From contig JAJYIU010000014.1 of the NCBI GenBank assembly GCA_021789895.1, positions 14,550-78,549 on the forward strand: a DNA stretch of 64,000 nt, written 5' to 3'. Shown here one piece after another: positions 9,421 to 19,048 of the stretch. Both the position numbers and the translations under genes were made by a program. The notes beneath the pieces were generated by a model. That model worked only from the letters and a program-made list of their open reading frames with translations. It did not search any database and had not been told where the DNA came from. Source of the DNA: Acidobacteriota bacterium (lineage in GTDB: Bacteria; Acidobacteriota; Terriglobia; Terriglobales; SCQP01). The number at the start of each line of letters is the position of its first letter. Position 1 is the first letter of the stretch.

Positions 9421-11205
9421 ATGCGGCAAGCGAAGCATATCCCCGGATGCGAATCGCGCCTGACCACGGCGGCCGGCCTTCGCCCGTACGGCCGCTCGCT
9501 TCATCGCCGGCTCCTCGCATCCCGCTGGCTTCCGGTTCTAGTCTGTCTCGGCCTCGCGGCCGGCTGGAGCGCGGCGCCAGCCGGTGCGCAGTCACGGCTC
9601 TCGGTGCAGAAGCTGCCGGCCAGCCTGATCGGCGTCGTGACCGGCCTCAATGGCAAGCCTGAATCCGGCGCCCTGGTGCTGCTCCGTCCGCTGCTGCGGA
9701 ATGAGAGCGTCTGGCGGCGCACGACCGGCCCGGGCGGCACCTTCCTGATTCCCACTCTGCCCCCCGGGCTGTATTGGCTGCAGGCGGGCAAGGGCAAGCG
9801 GCTATCCGCGCCGCGGCGGCTGGAGCTTCGCCAGGGCGAGACCGTGCTGCTGACGCTGCACCTGGCCGCAGCCGCGCACCGCGATTTGATCAGCGATATG
9901 CAGGCCTATCGCTGGGTGTTGCGCGCCGATGCCGGCCATCGTCCGTTGCTGCGCTATCGCCAAACCGGCAAGCGGCGCGCGGGCGATTCGCCGGCGCTGT
10001 TGAACGGCTCGGTGGCGATGCTGGCCGGCAGCGGCAGCACCGCTTTTACCATGCCTTCGGCGCTGAATACCAATATCAGCATGCATACCCTGGCCGACGA
10101 TATGCTGTTCGGTTTCAGCGGCAGCATCGGAACCTCCGGCTGGAATTCCAGTTCCTCCTTCGCCGCCAGCATGACGCCGGAATTGCACGATTGGTGGCGC
10201 GGCTCCTGGCGCGTCGAGGTGCAGCATATTCCTACTCCGGTGCTCGGCCATTTGCCGGTGCTGAATTTATTTACCCTGAATTACGCCAACCAGGCCAGCC
10301 TCGGCCGCGCAGTGCAGCTCCAATACGGAATCCTGGCCAACGATTTATACGGCGCCAATTCGTTGTATCAATTTTCGCCCTACGCCCGGCTCAACCTGCA
10401 ACTGGCTTCCGGACGGCATCTGGAATATCGCTATGCCGCCGCCCCGCCGCCGCTCGATTTTCTCCAGAACCGGCTGTGGGCCCCCAATCCCGCGCCGCGC
10501 GTCAGCTTGAACGGCGGCCGCCCGGTGATGGAGCGCGGCCTGCATCAGGAAGTAGCCTTCTTTTCCAGCCTGGGCCCGGCGAATGAAATTGAGCTGGCCT
10601 GGTTTTACGACAGCTTCCATCACGCCATCATCAACGGTTCCTGGCGTGGCGAGCTGCCTTCCGAACTGCTCAATTCCGGCTATCTCCTGCCGGACAGCTA
10701 TTCCAACCTGTTCAGCGCCGACGGCGGCAGCTACGCCGGCAGCGGCATGGTCGCCCTCCTGCAACACCAGTTAAGCCAGGGATTGAGCCTCAGCCTGGGC
10801 GCGGAAGAAGGCCCGGTGCTCGTCGCCGTCGGCGACCACATGCGCCCGACCGGCCCGGCCGGCCTGTTGAGCGAGACCCGCGCCCTTGCCTTTTCCGCGC
10901 GCCTGGCGGGTGAGATGGGGCCGGTGCACACGCGCATCATTTGCAGCTATCGCACTGCCGGCCGCCGCCAACTCACTACCCCCGATCCCTATGAAACCGA
11001 CGATTCCGGCCAGCCTTTTGCCAACGTGCAAATTCGCCAGCCGCTGCCGAGCATGCCCTTCACCGACGGACGCATCATCGCCCTGATGGAAGTGCAGAAT
11101 GTTTTAGCTCAGGGCTATGTGCCGGTGTACAGCGCCGACGGGCATCTGCTTTACCTGATTCAGGCGGCGCGAGCGCTCCGCGGCGGGTTGAGCTTTAATT
11201 TTTAA
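9421..11205 (+). CDS. carboxypeptidase-regulatory-like domain protein, probable outer-membrane beta-barrel
   Basis: Signal-like N-terminus. CarboxypepD_reg-like block GVVTGLNGKPESGALVLLRP...GGTFLIPTLPPGLYWLQA. C-terminus GLSFNF ends in Phe, as an OMP beta-signal does. Confidence 0.7.
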   Translation: MRQAKHIPGCESRLTTAAGLRPYGRSLHRRLLASRWLPVLVCLGLAAGWSAAPAGAQSRLSVQKLPASLIGVVTGLNGKPESGALVLLRPLLRNESVWRRTTGPGGTFLIPTLPPGLYWLQAGKGKRLSAPRRLELRQGETVLLTLHLAAAAHRDLISDMQAYRWVLRADAGHRPLLRYRQTGKRRAGDSPALLNGSVAMLAGSGSTAFTMPSALNTNISMHTLADDMLFGFSGSIGTSGWNSSSSFAASMTPELHDWWRGSWRVEVQHIPTPVLGHLPVLNLFTLNYANQASLGRAVQLQYGILANDLYGANSLYQFSPYARLNLQLASGRHLEYRYAAAPPPLDFLQNRLWAPNPAPRVSLNGGRPVMERGLHQEVAFFSSLGPANEIELAWFYDSFHHAIINGSWRGELPSELLNSGYLLPDSYSNLFSADGGSYAGSGMVALLQHQLSQGLSLSLGAEEGPVLVAVGDHMRPTGPAGLLSETRALAFSARLAGEMGPVHTRIICSYRTAGRRQLTTPDPYETDDSGQPFANVQIRQPLPSMPFTDGRIIALMEVQNVLAQGYVPVYSADGHLLYLIQAARALRGGLSFNF

Positions 11206-11229
11206 GCAGATAAAGGGCAGATTCGTTAC

Positions 11230-11260
11230 TATGGAATTTAATAAGCCGAATTATGGAATT
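11230..11260. repeat. two exact TATGGAATT direct repeats 22 nt apart (candidate enhancer/UAS sites)
   Basis: TATGGAATT at 11230-11238 and 11252-11260. Related TTGGAATTT at 11303-11311. CCTAAAT at 11286 and 11316. All lie in an AT-rich gap upstream of the sigma-54-type promoter. Confidence 0.45.
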
Positions 11261-11345
11261 CAGTATAATTTTTGGCTTTCACCTTCCTAAATCTGTAAAC
11301 CGTTGGAATTTCATCCCTAAATATTATTCTTGCCGCTGGATGTGC

Positions 11346-11361
11346 TGGCATCATAAATGCA
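11346..11361 (+). promoter_or_regulatory. sigma-54 (-24/-12) promoter candidate
   Basis: TGGCATCATAAATGCA versus consensus TGGCAC-N5-TTGCW. GG at 11347-11348 and GC at 11359-11360 have canonical spacing. Lies 23 nt upstream of the kinase ATG. Confidence 0.5.
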
Positions 11362-11383
11362 CAGTGTTCCTATACTCTAAAGC

Positions 11384-14260
11384 ATGAGGTGGCAGCCGGA
11401 CGCAGGCGTGAAAACAAGCAGTCCAATCCGGTTTTCGATCGCCAGCGCGCTGGTAGCTTCTGCCATTGTCCTGGCAATCGTCATCCTCGGCGCCCGGCAG
11501 CTATGGAACTGGCATGCGCCCAGTGACGGAGTCGAGTGGCAGGTGACCGCGCATGGGTTGCGCGCCGGCCGCGTCCTGGCTCTATCTCCGGCCTGGAAGG
11601 CGGGCGTGCGCGGCGGCGACTGGTTGATTGCCGTCAATGGTGCGCCGCTGCTAGACCGCCGCCAGGTGCAGCAGGCCTTATTTGCCGCGGGAGCGGGCGG
11701 GACGCTGAACTATATCGTGCTCGCGGGCGAGCGCCTGATGCGCGTGCAATTGCATTTAAGCGCCGCGCCCCGACATCTGCTGCGCTACGGCTATGAAGAC
11801 CTGATCGCACTCTGTTTCCTCGCCATCGGGCTGTATGTCTTGCTGCGCCGCTCGTCCACCGCCCAGGCGCAGCACTTTTTCTGGTATTGCCTGGCCTCCA
11901 GCCTGTTATTCGGCTTCCATTTTAGCGGCCGGCTGGACTGGCTCGATTGGGTGTTGTTCTGGGGCAATGTCGCCGGCACGCTGCTGGCGCCGGCCATGCT
12001 GCTGGATTTCGCCTGCAACTTTCCTGCGCCGCTCGAACGCCTGCGCCGGATGCCGGGTTGGCGCGTGGGCATCTATATTCCCGCCGCCTTGCTGGCGCTA
12101 TTCCAGATCGCGGTGTCGCGCGGGGCGCTGAGCACTGGCGTGGATGCGCAGTACCTTGCCGACCGGCTGGCATACGCCTATTTGGGGATCTGCCTGGGGC
12201 TGGCCGCGGGCTTGTTCTGGCGCAGTTACCGCCGCGCCGCCGCGCCCCTGCTCCGCCAGCAGTTGAAGTGGCTGACGCGCGGCATGCTGCTGGCCGCGAT
12301 CCCATTCCTGGGCCTTTACGTGATTCCCTATGTCGCCGGCTGGCCGTTGCCGCCGGGCGCGGAATGGTCGCTGGCCGGCCTGCTGCTCATTCCCTTTGCC
12401 TTCGCCAACGCCATTATCCGCTACCGGCTGATGGATACCGATATCCTGTTCCGGCGCGGCTTAGCCTTTACCATCGCCGCCCTGCTGGTCATCGCCGCCG
12501 ATTTCGCCGCGATCGGTCTGGTCGCCGCCCTGATCCGCACCAAGTTGCCGAATAGCGGCACGCTCGGCCTGGTGTTCGCCGTGGTGCTGGCGGCGCTGCT
12601 GTTCGAACCGGTGAAAAATCAGGTACAGGCGCGGCTGGAGCAATGGCTCGATCCCCACCGCGGTTCCGATCGCCAGGCGCTGACGGAAATGGCGCGCCAG
12701 CTCAGCGCCGAGCATTCGCTCGACCGGCTGACCGCGGGCGTGCTGGAGCAGTTGCAGCGGCGGCTGCGGCTCGACCGCGTGGCCCTGTTCCTGGCAGATC
12801 AGGGGACGCTGCGCCTGGCCGGCAGCCGCGGCCTGACGGCGCCGGCGCCGGAGCTCAACCTCGATTTCCTCTCCGCCGAGCTCGAAAGCCGCCGCTATCT
12901 GTTTATCGAAAACCCGCAACAGCAGTCCGGACGCCCGGAGCCGGAGCGCCGCGCTCTGGCCGGCCTCGATCTACATTTCTACCTGCCTTGCCGCACCCGG
13001 CAGCGGCTGCTGGCGGTGCTAGGGCTGGGCCGCACCCGCAGCGGCGATTATCTTACCAGCGAGGAGACGGCCCTGCTCGAAATTCTGGCCGGTCATCTGG
13101 CCATCGCCCTGGAAAATGCGCGCCTGCACGGCCAATTGCACAATCAGGTGCGGCAGTTTGAGCGTTTGAAGGAATTCAACGAAAATATCGTGGAAAGCGT
13201 GGGAGTGGGAATCGTGGCGCTCAGCCCGGACGACCGGGTGGAGAGCTGGAATACCCAGATGGAAGTGCTGACCGCGCGGCCGCGCGCCGGCGTACTCGGC
13301 CTGCGTTTGGAAGAGGCGCTGGGGGCGGAGTTCGCCGCCGCCTATTACCAGGCGCGCCCTGAAGGCGGCTTGCGCCAGTTGGAGAAGTTCCACCTGCGGC
13401 TCGATCCCGGTTCCGAAACGGGCATTTCCGCGCCGCGGGTGGTGAATGTGGCGATTGCGCCGCTGGTGACGCCGCAATTGGAAAGGATTGGACGAATTTT
13501 GCTGTTTGACGACATCAGCGCCCGGGTCGAGCTGGAATCACAATTGGCCCAGGCCGAGCGCCTGCGCTCGTTGGGCCTGCTGGCGGCCGGAGTGGCGCAC
13601 GAGGTCAACACGCCTCTGGCGGTGATTTCCAATTACACCCAACTGCTGGCCAAGCAGATGGCCGCAGGCGACCCGCGCGCCCCGGTGCTGGACGTCATCA
13701 CCCGGCAGACTTTCCGCGCCTCGGAAATCGTCAGCAACCTGCTGCATTTCGCCCGCGCCCAGGGCGGTGAAAAAGTGCCGGTGGACCTGCATCTCGTGCT
13801 GCAAGACACGCTGGCGCTCGTGGAACATCCCCTCCGCAGCGCCCGCATCCAGGTGGATTTGGCATTGGAACCCGCGCTGCCGGAGATCATCGGCCATGCC
13901 GGCCAATTGCAGCAGGTGCTGCTCAACCTGTTGCTCAACGCCCGCGACGCCATGCCCGGCGGCGGCCGCCTGCACCTCTGCACCCGCAGCCTGGAAAACG
14001 GCGTGGAGATCGCCATCAGCGATACCGGCACGGGCATGCCGGCGGAAGTTCGCGAACGCATTTTCGATCCTTTCTTCACCACCAAAAAGCCGGCGCGCAA
14101 CGGCAACGGCGGGCTGGCCTCCGGCACCGGCCTCGGACTGTCGGTCAGCTACGGCATCATCCAAGACCACCAGGGCAGCATCAGCGTGGAAAGCACGCCC
14201 GGGCGGGGAAGCTGCTTCCGCATCCATTTGCCGGCCGCGGAAAGGACGCTGCATGCCTGA
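11384..14260 (+). CDS. sensor histidine kinase with N-terminal PDZ-like domain, polytopic membrane region, GAF and PAS modules
   Basis: TM helix (residues ~17-37). PDZ-like block LRAGRVLALSPAWKAGVRGGDWLIAVNG. About 8 hydrophobic helices (residues ~130-400). GAF- and PAS-like regions. H-box HEVNTPLAVI. ATPase boxes LLNLLLNARDAM, DTGTGM and GTGLGLS. Confidence 0.9.
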   Translation: MRWQPDAGVKTSSPIRFSIASALVASAIVLAIVILGARQLWNWHAPSDGVEWQVTAHGLRAGRVLALSPAWKAGVRGGDWLIAVNGAPLLDRRQVQQALFAAGAGGTLNYIVLAGERLMRVQLHLSAAPRHLLRYGYEDLIALCFLAIGLYVLLRRSSTAQAQHFFWYCLASSLLFGFHFSGRLDWLDWVLFWGNVAGTLLAPAMLLDFACNFPAPLERLRRMPGWRVGIYIPAALLALFQIAVSRGALSTGVDAQYLADRLAYAYLGICLGLAAGLFWRSYRRAAAPLLRQQLKWLTRGMLLAAIPFLGLYVIPYVAGWPLPPGAEWSLAGLLLIPFAFANAIIRYRLMDTDILFRRGLAFTIAALLVIAADFAAIGLVAALIRTKLPNSGTLGLVFAVVLAALLFEPVKNQVQARLEQWLDPHRGSDRQALTEMARQLSAEHSLDRLTAGVLEQLQRRLRLDRVALFLADQGTLRLAGSRGLTAPAPELNLDFLSAELESRRYLFIENPQQQSGRPEPERRALAGLDLHFYLPCRTRQRLLAVLGLGRTRSGDYLTSEETALLEILAGHLAIALENARLHGQLHNQVRQFERLKEFNENIVESVGVGIVALSPDDRVESWNTQMEVLTARPRAGVLGLRLEEALGAEFAAAYYQARPEGGLRQLEKFHLRLDPGSETGISAPRVVNVAIAPLVTPQLERIGRILLFDDISARVELESQLAQAERLRSLGLLAAGVAHEVNTPLAVISNYTQLLAKQMAAGDPRAPVLDVITRQTFRASEIVSNLLHFARAQGGEKVPVDLHLVLQDTLALVEHPLRSARIQVDLALEPALPEIIGHAGQLQQVLLNLLLNARDAMPGGGRLHLCTRSLENGVEIAISDTGTGMPAEVRERIFDPFFTTKKPARNGNGGLASGTGLGLSVSYGIIQDHQGSISVESTPGRGSCFRIHLPAAERTLHA

Positions 14261-15752
14261 ATCGGCCGTCTGGACGGCGAATACGGCCAGTGGCGCTGAA
14301 ACCGGCGCGAAGGCGAAGGCCGGCCGGCGCGGCCGCGTGCTGGTGGTGGATGACGAGCCGGCGATCCGCGAAAGTCTGGAGGCGCTGCTCGGCTTTGAAG
14401 GCTACATAGTGGAGTGCGCCGCCACCGGAGCGGAAGGAGTGCAGGCCGCCGAGGCGCAAGTGTTTGACGCGGTGCTGCTCGATGTCAGCCTGCCGGATGC
14501 GGATGGCCTGGATATTCTGCGCCGGCTGCGCCAGCTCGCGCCGCTGCTCCCGGTGATCATGATCTCCGCTTACGGCACCATCGAAATCGCCGTGGCCGCA
14601 ATGCAAGCCGGCGCGCGCACCTTCCTGCAAAAACCCTGGGCCAACGACAAGCTCATAGCCGACCTGAACGCCGCCATCGCCGGCAGCCGCCTGGAGCAGG
14701 AAAACCGCCAGCTCAAGCGCGCTCTCCGCCAGCGCTACAGCTTTCCGCATATCGTCGGCAAGAGCGAGCCGATGCTGCGGATCTTCGACATGATCGAGCA
14801 GATTGCGCCCAGCCGCTCGACGGTGCTGCTGCAGGGCGAAAGCGGCGTCGGCAAGGAATTGATCGCCAAGGCGATTCATACCGCTTCGCCGCGGGCCGAC
14901 GCGCCCTTCGTTCCGGTCAACAGCGGCAGCATGCCGGTGGACCTGCTCGAATCCATGCTCTTCGGCCATGTGCGTGGCGCCTTCACCGGCGCCGTCGCGC
15001 CCAAAAAGGGCCTGTTCGAGGTCGCCAACCACGGCACGATCTTCCTCGACGAAATCGGCAACATGTCGCTGGAAACCCAGGCCAAGCTGCTGCGCGTCCT
15101 GCAGGATCGCCGCTTTATGCGGCTGGGCGGGATCGAGGAAATCCAGGTGGACGTGCGCGTTATCGCCGCCACGCATCGCGACCTGCAGCAGTTGACGCAG
15201 GAAGGCCGCTTCCGTGAAGACCTGTATTACCGCCTGAACGTCATCACGCTCCGCCTGCCGCCACTGCGCGAGCGCCGGGAAGACGTGCCGCTGCTCGCCA
15301 GCGCTTTTCTCCAGCGTTTTGCCGAGGAAAACCAGCGTCCCACCGCCCGGCTCTCACCCGAGGCGCTGCGTTTACTGATCGACTACGATTGGCCGGGCAA
15401 TGTGCGCGAGCTGGAAAATGCAATGGAACGCGCCCTGGTGCTCAGCTCCGGCCCGATCATCGAAGCCGATCTGCTGCCCGAGCCGGTTCAGGGGCGATAT
15501 GCCGATATCCGCGGCGCCGCCATGGAAAATGCCCGTCGCGATACTTCCTTGTTCGCCATCGTGGAAGATTTCGAGCGCCGCCTGATCCTCGACATGCTGG
15601 AACAGACGCGCGGCCGCCAGACCGAAGCCGCCGAGCGTTTTCAGGTGCCGCTTTCGACCTTAAACCAGAAAATCAAGCGGCTGGGCATTGATATTAAAAA
15701 GCTGCGCGATCCCGCCGCCGAGGAGCCATCCGGCGGCGGCGAGTCGCTGTAG
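14253..15752 (+). CDS. sigma-54-dependent response regulator (NtrC family: REC, AAA+ and Fis-type HTH)
   Basis: REC VLVVDDEPAIRESL...LLDVSLPDADG. Walker A GESGVGKE. GAFTGA motif (VRGAFTGA). C-terminal HTH AAERFQVPLSTLNQKIKRLGI. ATG at 14253 overlaps the kinase stop by 8 nt (ATGCCTGA). Confidence 0.95.
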   Translation: MPESAVWTANTASGAETGAKAKAGRRGRVLVVDDEPAIRESLEALLGFEGYIVECAATGAEGVQAAEAQVFDAVLLDVSLPDADGLDILRRLRQLAPLLPVIMISAYGTIEIAVAAMQAGARTFLQKPWANDKLIADLNAAIAGSRLEQENRQLKRALRQRYSFPHIVGKSEPMLRIFDMIEQIAPSRSTVLLQGESGVGKELIAKAIHTASPRADAPFVPVNSGSMPVDLLESMLFGHVRGAFTGAVAPKKGLFEVANHGTIFLDEIGNMSLETQAKLLRVLQDRRFMRLGGIEEIQVDVRVIAATHRDLQQLTQEGRFREDLYYRLNVITLRLPPLRERREDVPLLASAFLQRFAEENQRPTARLSPEALRLLIDYDWPGNVRELENAMERALVLSSGPIIEADLLPEPVQGRYADIRGAAMENARRDTSLFAIVEDFERRLILDMLEQTRGRQTEAAERFQVPLSTLNQKIKRLGIDIKKLRDPAAEEPSGGGESL

Positions 15753-16019
15753 CCAAATCCCGGGAGCGCGCCTTGGTCCCGCTTGCTCTTGTAGTGTAAT
15801 TTCTGTCATAGTGGCTCCTGCAGCGGAGGATGGCCGTTGACCGTCCCCATTGCCCCTGGGTGTATCTTACCGGGAACCCCCGGCATCGTATGGGAGAGGA
15901 TTGTTCACGCTACCACCCGTGGCGCAGCGTCTAACCCAAGTAGCTGCAACAGCGAGGGCCTAAGCTTGCTTAACCTCGGCAGTGAACACCCGCATGCAGC
16001 CGGTAAGGAGACAGATGGA

Positions 16020-17402
16020 ATGAAGTGGATCAAAAGCTTGGGAGTTGCCACGACAATGGCACTCTTCGCCGTGACGATGCTGGGCCAAAGCCCCGCCACC
16101 GGCGGCCAACCCCAAACTCCGGCTCCGGCCGGTTCTCCCGCGGGCGCGAATCCCGTCCAGACCAGCGCGCCGGCGGCGCCGGCTCGCCCGATGATGCGGG
16201 TAAGCTGTCCTGTCATCTCGCCAGCGGCCAATCCGGCGTCTTTTTCGTGGAAGCATGGGCCGGCCGAATACCACGCCTATGTGGATGCCACCAAAGCCAC
16301 GACTCCGGCGGAACAGGCCAGCCTGTTTGCCGCCTTTTTGCAAAAATATCCCGACTCGGATTACCGCCATGCCGCGTTGGAAGGCGAGATGATGGCTGAC
16401 TCCCGCTCCGGCCAGACGGCCGCTTCAGTACAGGCCGCGCGGCGGCTGCTTCAATCGGGCGTGGATGCCGGCACGCAGTTGCAGGCGTTCTATGTGATTG
16501 CCGGCATGCTGCCCTCCGATCTGCAATTACAAACCAACCTGCCGCTGGTGGCCGAAGCCGGAGATTGCGGTTTGAAAGCGCTGCAGCAGGTGCCGCGCCC
16601 GGCCAGCGTGCCGGCCGCCCAATTCAACGCCCAAAAACGCGCCGCCCAGGCAATTTTCGAACGCGCCATCGGTTTCGTCGAGTGGCATCGGAAGAATTAT
16701 GCCGCCGCCATCGCGCCGCTGAGCCGGGCGGCGCAATTGAATTCGACCGATCCTTCCACCTATTACTGGCTGGGCGTGTCGCAGCTTTACAAACAGCCTC
16801 CCGATTTCCTGGGCGGCATCTTCTCGCTCGCGCGCGCCAGCGATCTGGCGCCCAGCGTGGGCTTGATCACCAATTATTTTCGCAAAGCCTACACCAGCTA
16901 TCACGGCTCGGCCAACGGCATGCAGGATGTGCTCGCGCTGGCCAAGACGAATACGCAGCCGCCAGCGGGCTTCAATATCGTTTCCATCGCTACCATCAGA
17001 AATCAGCAAAACGAAGCCGAGTACCAGAAAGAATTACAAGCCTATAAAAACTGGCTGCCTCCGAAAAACACGTTCGAGGGCATCGAGGCGAGGCTGAAGC
17101 GCCCGGACAAGGCGCGTGCGATGTGGGACAGCATCAAAGGCCAGGGCCTCGATCTGACCGGAATCGTGATTCGCTCCACCCCGACGACGCTGCTGCTCGC
17201 AGTGGGCCAGGCGTATCAGACGAAAAATCAAGCCGATGTGCGGATCCAACTGGTAATCCGGCATGTGGTCAGCCGCGGCGACAAGGTAGAGGTCGTGGGC
17301 GTGCCGGTGTCTTATTTAACCCGTCCGCATTTCCTGCTGGTGCTCAACAAGGGGCGCATCATGGTCGGCGCCCGGCGGGCGAGCCGCCGCGGCCGCCGTT
17401 AA
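16020..17402 (+). CDS. secreted hypothetical protein with Pro/Ala-rich linker and helical-repeat-like region
   Basis: ATG at 16020 is preceded by AAGGAG 9 nt upstream. Signal peptide MKWIKSLGVATTMALFAVTMLGQ. The track ORF start at 15837 lacks these features. Confidence 0.7.
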   Translation: MKWIKSLGVATTMALFAVTMLGQSPATGGQPQTPAPAGSPAGANPVQTSAPAAPARPMMRVSCPVISPAANPASFSWKHGPAEYHAYVDATKATTPAEQASLFAAFLQKYPDSDYRHAALEGEMMADSRSGQTAASVQAARRLLQSGVDAGTQLQAFYVIAGMLPSDLQLQTNLPLVAEAGDCGLKALQQVPRPASVPAAQFNAQKRAAQAIFERAIGFVEWHRKNYAAAIAPLSRAAQLNSTDPSTYYWLGVSQLYKQPPDFLGGIFSLARASDLAPSVGLITNYFRKAYTSYHGSANGMQDVLALAKTNTQPPAGFNIVSIATIRNQQNEAEYQKELQAYKNWLPPKNTFEGIEARLKRPDKARAMWDSIKGQGLDLTGIVIRSTPTTLLLAVGQAYQTKNQADVRIQLVIRHVVSRGDKVEVVGVPVSYLTRPHFLLVLNKGRIMVGARRASRRGRR

Positions 17403-17427
17403 TCCGCATCTCAACCCAAGAGCCCTT

Positions 17428-17460
17428 CGGCGGCAGCCACGGCTGCCGCCGTGCTTTTTT
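17428..17460 (+). terminator. intrinsic terminator
   Basis: Perfect 11-bp arms CGGCGGCAGCC / GGCTGCCGCCG (17428-17438 and 17441-17451), followed by TGC then TTTTTT (17455-17460). Lies 26 nt after the stop at 17402. Confidence 0.75.
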
Positions 17461-17492
17461 AAGGGTGCGCCGGGGTGCGCCGAAGCGGCGGC

Positions 17493-18272
17493 TCAAATCA
17501 GATTAAACAGAAAGAAAACTCCCAGGAAGGTCAGGCCCACTCCGTACCAGCGCTCCAGCCGGCGGCTGCGGGTGCGGATCGCCAGCCGGGCGCCCACATA
17601 GGAGAGCGGCATGGTGCCCAGCGCGACCAAGCCGGCCACCGCCCAGGAAATATGGCCCAGATACCAGTGGGCCAGGGTGCCGGGGAAGGCCAGCACGGCG
17701 GAAACCAGTAGGGAGCAGGCAAATGCCGTTTTCAGGCGCAGTTTTAAAAATCGCGCATAGCAGGGCGCCAGCAGAAAACCGCCGGAGTTCGCCAGCAGAC
17801 CGGAGATCAAGCCGACGCCGGCGCCCACCAGCAGCAGGCGCCAGCGCCAATGCGACACCCGGACGGTGGCCGCCGGCAAGGCGTGATTCGCCGCCGGAGT
17901 GAGCTTTTCCGCCGGCTTTAAAAGAAAAGCCATGCCGAAGCCCAGCACCAGAAAGGCGGTAAACAGCAGCAGCGGGCCGGAGCCTGTCCAGCGCGAGAGC
18001 CAGGCGCCTATGATGGTGGCGGGCGTGCCCACGCCAATGCCCCACCAAACGACTTCCCGGTCGAGCAAATGGCTGTGCTGATAAGCGGCGGTGGCCATCA
18101 GCGTACCCGGCATGGTTGCCGGCAGCGGCGAAGCCACGGCCACATACCCGGGCAGGCCCAGCAGGCTGAGCAGCGGAGTGGCCACTGCGCTGCCGCCCTT
18201 GCCGAATAACCCGCCGAGAAACCCCACCAGCGCGCCTACGATGACGGAACCGCCGGCCTGCGCGTGGGTCAT
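17493..18272 (-). CDS. sulfite exporter TauE/SafE family membrane protein
   Basis: Polytopic. Gly-rich helix GALVGFLGGLFGKGGS. ATG at 18272 overlaps the upstream gene stop by 4 nt (ATGA). Confidence 0.85.
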   Translation of the reverse strand: MTHAQAGGSVIVGALVGFLGGLFGKGGSAVATPLLSLLGLPGYVAVASPLPATMPGTLMATAAYQHSHLLDREVVWWGIGVGTPATIIGAWLSRWTGSGPLLLFTAFLVLGFGMAFLLKPAEKLTPAANHALPAATVRVSHWRWRLLLVGAGVGLISGLLANSGGFLLAPCYARFLKLRLKTAFACSLLVSAVLAFPGTLAHWYLGHISWAVAGLVALGTMPLSYVGARLAIRTRSRRLERWYGVGLTFLGVFFLFNLI

Positions 18273-18973
18273 GAATCGAGTTTTTCCGGCAAGTTCATGT
18301 CGAACTCGATTTCCGGCTGGATCAGCGCCAACAACGGCCGCTGAACTTCTTCCGGGCTCAATAATCCGCTCTCCACCCATTGATCGGAGCGCAGCCACTG
18401 TACCCGCGCCGGCATGGGCTGCATCGGGGGATGGGTCACGCGCACGATCGAGAGTCCGCCCTTGGGATGCGCACCGCTGGCAAAGCCCGCCAGCCGGTGG
18501 GTAAGAAAGTGTATGGCCTCTTCCGCGTGGGCGAAGGGACCGCAGTCGAACTGATCCGCCGCCGCCGCCTCCGCCTTGAGCACGTGTTCACCCGAGCGGC
18601 CTTCCACCCGGTATTGGCTGTAAGGCACGGGATGATCTTCAATCTGCAGCCGGACCGAGGCGTGTTCGGTCGGAATCGCCAGGCTCATGGCCGCCGCCGC
18701 CGCGCGCGAGGAGACCCAGGAGCGCAGGTACAGGATTCCCGCCTGCTCGCCGTGCCGGACATAGAGCCGATAGTTGATCTGGCGAAAGCCGGTCATCACG
18801 TAAGGAAATGCCGGCCCAGCTTCCAGTACGACCGTCGCCAGAAAGGCCCGCGGGCCCGCCGGCGTCGGATAGACGTCGAGCTCCAATCCGGCCGGCAGAT
18901 GCGGCTGCGCCCGCTCGGGCGAGACGGTGTGAATGAGAAACAGCAGGTTGCGGAGTTTGAGCCCGATCGCCAT
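18269..18973 (-). CDS. DUF2071 (YqjF-like) domain-containing protein
   Basis: LLFLIHTVSPERAQPHLPAGLELDVYP...INYRLYV pattern typical of DUF2071. I prefer ATG 18973, because 18974-19088 is AT-rich and looks non-coding. The track start at 19090 would abut the divergent UDG start. Confidence 0.7.
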   Translation of the reverse strand: MAIGLKLRNLLFLIHTVSPERAQPHLPAGLELDVYPTPAGPRAFLATVVLEAGPAFPYVMTGFRQINYRLYVRHGEQAGILYLRSWVSSRAAAAAMSLAIPTEHASVRLQIEDHPVPYSQYRVEGRSGEHVLKAEAAAADQFDCGPFAHAEEAIHFLTHRLAGFASGAHPKGGLSIVRVTHPPMQPMPARVQWLRSDQWVESGLLSPEEVQRPLLALIQPEIEFDMNLPEKLDS

Positions 18974-19048
18974 GGAAATGGAAACCAACTCTAATTTTAA
19001 CCGGAGCAGATGCTTTTCCTCCGGGCAGGGAATGAACAAGATGGTTTT

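Noticed and set aside
15774-15786. TGGTCCCGCTTGC upstream of the secreted protein gene, resembling a sigma-54 promoter
   Set aside because: The GG to GC distance is 10 nt rather than the invariant 12, so it is unlikely to bind sigma-54.
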